Positions 59,675-64,000 of a stretch of 64,000 bases of DNA are shown here, in pieces. Both the position numbers and the translations under genes were made by a program. The notes under the pieces are model-generated. The model was given only the letters and a program-made list of their open reading frames with translations, did no database searches and had not been told where the DNA came from. Within the stretch, counting starts at the first letter, position 1; every line of letters starts with the position of its first letter. The stretch lies in IMG/VR virus record IMGVR_UViG_3300042429_001107, one strand, 5' to 3'. The DNA is from a virus.

Positions 59675-60349
59675 TTATAAAGTGTATTCCCTATAAACCT
59701 CTAGCATTGCGGGTACAATAGGGTGTCTATGGTTTTTCTTAAGAGTTATCACATTAACCCCTTCAACTCTTGCAGCAAGGGTATTCATAAAGTCAAGCCC
59801 GGAGTCTTTTTTATTTTTTAAATCTATTTGAGATGTGTCTCCACATATTATCATTTTAGAACCAATTCCAAGTCTTCCTAGTACCATTTCCATTTGGCTC
59901 ATTGTTACGTTTTGAGCTTCATCTACAATCACACAAGAATTAACTAGAGTTCTACCTCTCATGAAGGGGAAAGGTAAAATTTCTATAATTCCTTCACTAA
60001 GTAATTTTTCAATTTTAGTTTTGTCATAGACCATTTCTAAATTAGCGTAGATAGGAGCTAACCATGGATCCATTTTTTCTTTTAAATCCCCTGGAAGAAA
60101 TCCTATATCCTCTTTTGCTACTGTGGGTCTAGTAATAACTAGCTTTTCAATCTCCCTATTAAATAGCATATCTAGAGCTATTTGCACTGCTAGAAGCGTT
60201 TTACCTGATCCAGCTGCTCCTTTAAGAACACTAACTGGATTGGCCAAAATAATAGCTTTAGCTTCTTTTTGCTCTTCGTTTAGATTAATTTTAAATTTAA
60301 TAGGATTTTTAGGTTTCCTTTTTTGAGTCCAATTGCTTCCTGTAGTCAT
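59675..60349 (-). CDS. phoH: PhoH-like ATPase (start probably 60349)
   Basis: GAAGSGKT, ITRP, GFLPG, MRGRTL, DEAQN, GDTSQID, RHP. Confidence 0.95.
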   Translation of the reverse strand: MTTGSNWTQKRKPKNPIKFKINLNEEQKEAKAIILANPVSVLKGAAGSGKTLLAVQIALDMLFNREIEKLVITRPTVAKEDIGFLPGDLKEKMDPWLAPIYANLEMVYDKTKIEKLLSEGIIEILPFPFMRGRTLVNSCVIVDEAQNVTMSQMEMVLGRLGIGSKMIICGDTSQIDLKNKKDSGLDFMNTLAARVEGVNVITLKKNHRHPIVPAMLEVYREYTL

Positions 60350-60433
60350 AGATTTTTTATTTTTTTTAAGAAACATATTCTATGTTTCTTTCTTTAATGA
60401 TTGTCCTGTCTTTTTCTATTGTAAGTAATACAG

Positions 60434-60443
60434 GATATATATC
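60434..60443. promoter_or_regulatory. Palindromic GATATATATC, possible bidirectional late-type promoter
   Basis: Reads GATATATA on both strands in the divergent gap. Confidence 0.6.
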
Positions 60444-60460
60444 AAAAAAAGGAAAATCAA

Positions 60461-61384
60461 ATGGCAATCACAATTACTGAAATTCTTGGAACCGATTCAA
60501 TTTCAGGTTCTAGATTAACTATCAATGCTAACTTTTTGTTGCTTGAGAATGCTTATAATGATTTAGAAAACACATTTAATATAAACGTGTTGACTGGATC
60601 ACTTGACGTATCTAGCGCAACAAATGGGCAAATTAAAGCAAAATCATTACTGGCTAACAGCTTAGTTATGCCTGCTTCTGGTTCACCTACTATACAACTA
60701 TATGGAACAGGAGCTAGTGGAGGTTACATTATAGCTTCTAGCACAGTTGTAGGAGCTACTGGTATATTCTCTAATGTTCTACAATCAAACACTTTATCTG
60801 CTTCAGGAACAGCTACATTTGGAGCTACTGCAACATTTAATAGTGTGCTAAATGTGGAAGGAAGAATGAGTATCGGAGCGTCCGGTAATTTTGTTAACAC
60901 TAACAGAAAAGCCACCGTGGGTTCTTCTACTGCTTTTCCTAATACACCAGGAGCAGGTGTTACTGGAACTTACTCAACCCCTTACCAATTAACTTTAACG
61001 GAAAATGTTATTTATATACAATCAAATTATGTTTCGAGTGCGTCAGCTGATGCTGGATTTACTACAGGTTTTTTCTTTTACGCTACAACAGGCGCTGGAG
61101 CAACTGCTTCTGATATTCCTGCAGGTTATACTGTAACATTAGTCGACACAGCAACTTCCGCAGGAAAAATTGCTACTGGAGTTACTGGGGGTACTTCTCC
61201 TTATTATACTGGATTTTCAACTGGTGGAAGTGAAGGTGATTACACGGATCCTTTTATACAAACATCGGGAAATCCTTATAAAACATCATTAACTATTATG
61301 TGGGAGCCAAGAATAGGTCAATCAGGAGCTTCACAAAAAGGATCTTGGGTGGTTGTTAACTCTACATCTGGATTTACATTCTAA
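60461..61384 (+). CDS. Putative tail/baseplate fibre-like structural protein, G/S/T/A-rich
   Basis: N-terminal ILGTDSISGSRLTINANF is typical of fibre attachment segments. Confidence 0.65.
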   Translation: MAITITEILGTDSISGSRLTINANFLLLENAYNDLENTFNINVLTGSLDVSSATNGQIKAKSLLANSLVMPASGSPTIQLYGTGASGGYIIASSTVVGATGIFSNVLQSNTLSASGTATFGATATFNSVLNVEGRMSIGASGNFVNTNRKATVGSSTAFPNTPGAGVTGTYSTPYQLTLTENVIYIQSNYVSSASADAGFTTGFFFYATTGAGATASDIPAGYTVTLVDTATSAGKIATGVTGGTSPYYTGFSTGGSEGDYTDPFIQTSGNPYKTSLTIMWEPRIGQSGASQKGSWVVVNSTSGFTF

Positions 61385-61400
61385 TTAAGAAAAATAATCA

Positions 61401-63581
61401 ATGGCAAAAACACCTTATATAAGACCGATAGCAGTTCAGGGGGGTACATTTTATACCTTCTCTTCTGCTGCAGAAGATCTCACATTAACATTTAATAATT
61501 CATTAAAGAAATTTAGTTTTTCTAAGTATGCTCTTTTGAAGATTCCTGAAATGGGATCTCCGACATATAAAGAAAACACTTTGCAATTTAATGCCATTGA
61601 TACAACTTTTCTTGATGCAGCTTCTGGTAATTTCGTGTTAACAAACCCTAATAATCTTAGTCCTTCTCCTGAAATTTCATTTCAGAATTATTGTTTAAAT
61701 TTAGAATCTACTGTTATCTCGGATCCTAATTACAATGCAGAATTAAAAAGAAACGTTTCTGAAAGAATTTTTTGGAAATGGATAAAAGAATTAGGGGGTG
61801 TTAGATACAGATCAGCAAATACAAATGAGGTAGTAGCTTCTTTAAACCAGACTACAACCACAACGGTTAATGGGTTTCCTTACTCAGATAAAAGATGGGT
61901 AGAAGAAGACACATTATTAACTGGCAATGGTACACCAACTCCTAGATATGAAAGAATAGTACAATATATTGGTGATATTGATGTGGTAAACTCTGTACAA
62001 AATACGGATAATGCTTATTCGGAGGTTTATATTCATGTGCCAACAGGAGACGGAGGAACACCATATGTTCTATTTAAAACTGTTGCTGATGAGAATTATT
62101 ATCCCGATAGAACATTTACACATTTACCTCCAGATCCTTTAGACACTGAATATCTTCAAGGAAGAGATTCGGCTTCAGGTTTATATGGCCCTAACGGATT
62201 ACCTAAATTGGCTATATTCGATCAAGACGTTTTAGGAGAACCTGGTGTCACTGGAATATCTGCAACTGGTACATTTTTAAGTAATTGGTATTCACCTAGA
62301 GATGAGGCTAATTCTTATTTTACTGATCCTAGTTTCTTTGACAATAGCAATTATACATTGGAAAAATATGTATCTACTGCACCTGCTGGATATAGTGTAA
62401 ATTATAAAAGAAGTAACCTAGATGGAGTACAAATTGATTTTGAACCATCGTCTTATAAAGCCATTCAAAATTATGTAGGGATTTCTACAATAGAAGAATG
62501 GAACGGAACTCCCACTACAACTTCTTTTGAATTTAATGCAGTTCTTGTTTATTATGATGTTTACGATCCTAATAACCCAACAGATTCAGAAACAAATCTT
62601 TATGGTATTTTATTCTTAAATGATCCTGAGCCTGTTTCTATTAATGCAGCTAAATTCCCCAATTTCAAGAAATTTAAGCCGGATCCTATTACTAAATTAA
62701 ATGGTAATTCTTACGGATTCAAAATAAATCTTAAGTTTGATACTGATGTGGAAAGCACAGGAGTAGAGCAAGCAATAAACGATTATTCTTCATTCTCGCT
62801 TTCTATCTTTATGGATGCAGCTACTGTTTTACAGGATGCAGCTAAGAATCTTAATGATAGAACATTAGAGATAATGGGAATGCAGGATCAAATTACTGCA
62901 TTGACAGATCTTATTATTAATACAGACGATAGCACAGATATAAAATTAAGATTAGATACAGTTGAAAAATCATTACAAGCAAATCAAGCTCTTTTTGATA
63001 ACACTCAAGATATCTTAAGTTTAATTGAAAGAAATAGCGATACTATACAAAATATATTACAGAATCAGACATCTATAAATATGACTTATAACCTTGACCT
63101 TCTAAAAGATGGTGATGGTACTTTTGTTGATAGATCAACTCCTAATATATTAAAAGTTGATGTTACACAGCAAGATTATAATATAGGAACTAATTCTTTA
63201 TTTACTATTAATCCTGTTGCTGGTAACACAGTATCACTTCAACTTTACACTAATTACCTTAAGCATAAAAATAATGGATTATCTATAACAGCAAATAATG
63301 ATATTGTTATTAAGATAGATGATACCACAAACAAATGGCAAAAGGGACAAGTTCTAAGATTAGTAATAGGTGATGATATAGATTTGGGTGTTTATTCATT
63401 GGTTATTTTAACTGATGCTTTAGGGGAATATCCAAAAGGAACTCCTTCAGGAGTACCTTATTCTAGTGTAGTTGCAGGATTTATAAATATTCAATTTCAA
63501 AATGCTTCTTACAAACCTATCTTTGATATTGTTTGTGTAGATGATAAAAATCTAATATTTGAAGTGGACCAAATAAAATAA
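61401..63581 (+). CDS. Putative virion structural protein with a coiled-coil segment
   Basis: 726-aa ORF in the structural operon; no recognised enzyme motifs. Confidence 0.6.
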   Translation: MAKTPYIRPIAVQGGTFYTFSSAAEDLTLTFNNSLKKFSFSKYALLKIPEMGSPTYKENTLQFNAIDTTFLDAASGNFVLTNPNNLSPSPEISFQNYCLNLESTVISDPNYNAELKRNVSERIFWKWIKELGGVRYRSANTNEVVASLNQTTTTTVNGFPYSDKRWVEEDTLLTGNGTPTPRYERIVQYIGDIDVVNSVQNTDNAYSEVYIHVPTGDGGTPYVLFKTVADENYYPDRTFTHLPPDPLDTEYLQGRDSASGLYGPNGLPKLAIFDQDVLGEPGVTGISATGTFLSNWYSPRDEANSYFTDPSFFDNSNYTLEKYVSTAPAGYSVNYKRSNLDGVQIDFEPSSYKAIQNYVGISTIEEWNGTPTTTSFEFNAVLVYYDVYDPNNPTDSETNLYGILFLNDPEPVSINAAKFPNFKKFKPDPITKLNGNSYGFKINLKFDTDVESTGVEQAINDYSSFSLSIFMDAATVLQDAAKNLNDRTLEIMGMQDQITALTDLIINTDDSTDIKLRLDTVEKSLQANQALFDNTQDILSLIERNSDTIQNILQNQTSINMTYNLDLLKDGDGTFVDRSTPNILKVDVTQQDYNIGTNSLFTINPVAGNTVSLQLYTNYLKHKNNGLSITANNDIVIKIDDTTNKWQKGQVLRLVIGDDIDLGVYSLVILTDALGEYPKGTPSGVPYSSVVAGFINIQFQNASYKPIFDIVCVDDKNLIFEVDQIK

Positions 63582-63587
63582 GATAAA

Positions 63588-64000
63588 ATGTCAAACACAA
63601 AAAATTCATTCTCTTCTTTAATAGCTCAATTTTTAAGGCTTCAAAAGAATTCTTTAGAAATCATAAATAAATTGAATGATGTTGCGACATCATCTAAAGA
63701 TTCTGTTCAAATTGAATTTTTAATGGACGATAACACTTCAGAGAATATTCAAATACCTTCTTATGGATTTTTAAAATCTGAGATTAATAGAATTGATAAA
63801 AATGTATTAGCACTTTCTGGGTTAGAAGACACTACAGCAAATATTAGAAAATCTGATGGCACTGTTTCTAAGATATATCAGGCTAATATATTAAAGGATC
63901 CTTTATCACCAGGAAGTCTTCAAGTACCTGGTACATTTCAAGCTAGAAATAATTGGTTTTTTGAATCATTTTTAAATCCGCTTCTTTATGTTTCTATTGA
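63588..64000 (+). CDS. Hypothetical structural protein, 3'-truncated by the window (MSNTKNSFSSLIAQFLRLQ...)
   Basis: ATG 6 nt after the upstream stop and open to the window end; missing from the supplied ORF track. Confidence 0.8.
   Translation, partial: MSNTKNSFSSLIAQFLRLQKNSLEIINKLNDVATSSKDSVQIEFLMDDNTSENIQIPSYGFLKSEINRIDKNVLALSGLEDTTANIRKSDGTVSKIYQANILKDPLSPGSLQVPGTFQARNNWFFESFLNPLLYVSI

Noticed and set aside
1-64000. Stop-codon reassignment as in some huge phages
   Set aside because: Code 11 gives dense full-length ORFs, and TAG or TGA end genes at sensible boundaries (for example 30978, 32821, 47056, 48305).

Overview
An AT-rich, gene-dense 64 kb segment of a large T4-related (myovirus-type) jumbo/huge bacteriophage, probably infecting Bacteroidota (inference). 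It uses the standard genetic code, and I saw no rRNA, tRNA or CRISPR array. Layout: (1) 1-5.9 kb holds the 3' end of an asparagine-synthetase-like gene, a RimK ATP-grasp ligase fused to a retropepsin-like protease, an extremely acidic repeat protein and several small proteins with T4-like capsid-targeting N-termini. (2) 6.1-29.1 kb is a 26-gene glycan locus with about 12 glycosyltransferase-like genes, an apparent GDP-colitose route (gmd, ColD-type dehydratase, Fcl/ColC-type reductase), KdsD/KdsA, a CMP-ulosonate synthetase-cupin fusion, an AroB-like cyclase, SIS isomerase, SDR, class III aminotransferase and three methyltransferases. (3) 29.1-31 kb holds small genes including a Nudix hydrolase. 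(4) 31-64 kb is a tail/baseplate/neck module (gp53-, hub-, gp5-, gp13-, gp25-, gp6-, gp7-like), interrupted by a ribosomal protein S1 homologue, a degenerate amidoligase, a free-standing endonuclease, PhoH, a pterin dehydratase and an ADP-ribosyltransferase-fold protein. Two recurrent promoter-like motifs are visible in the intergenic DNA: (G/A)ATATATA and GAAA-N19-TAWAAW. The best candidates for new biology are a phage virion-glycosylation system using colitose and Kdo-type sugars, and a family of head-packaged cargo proteins sharing an N-terminal targeting peptide. All protein calls come from motif recognition by eye; no searches were run.
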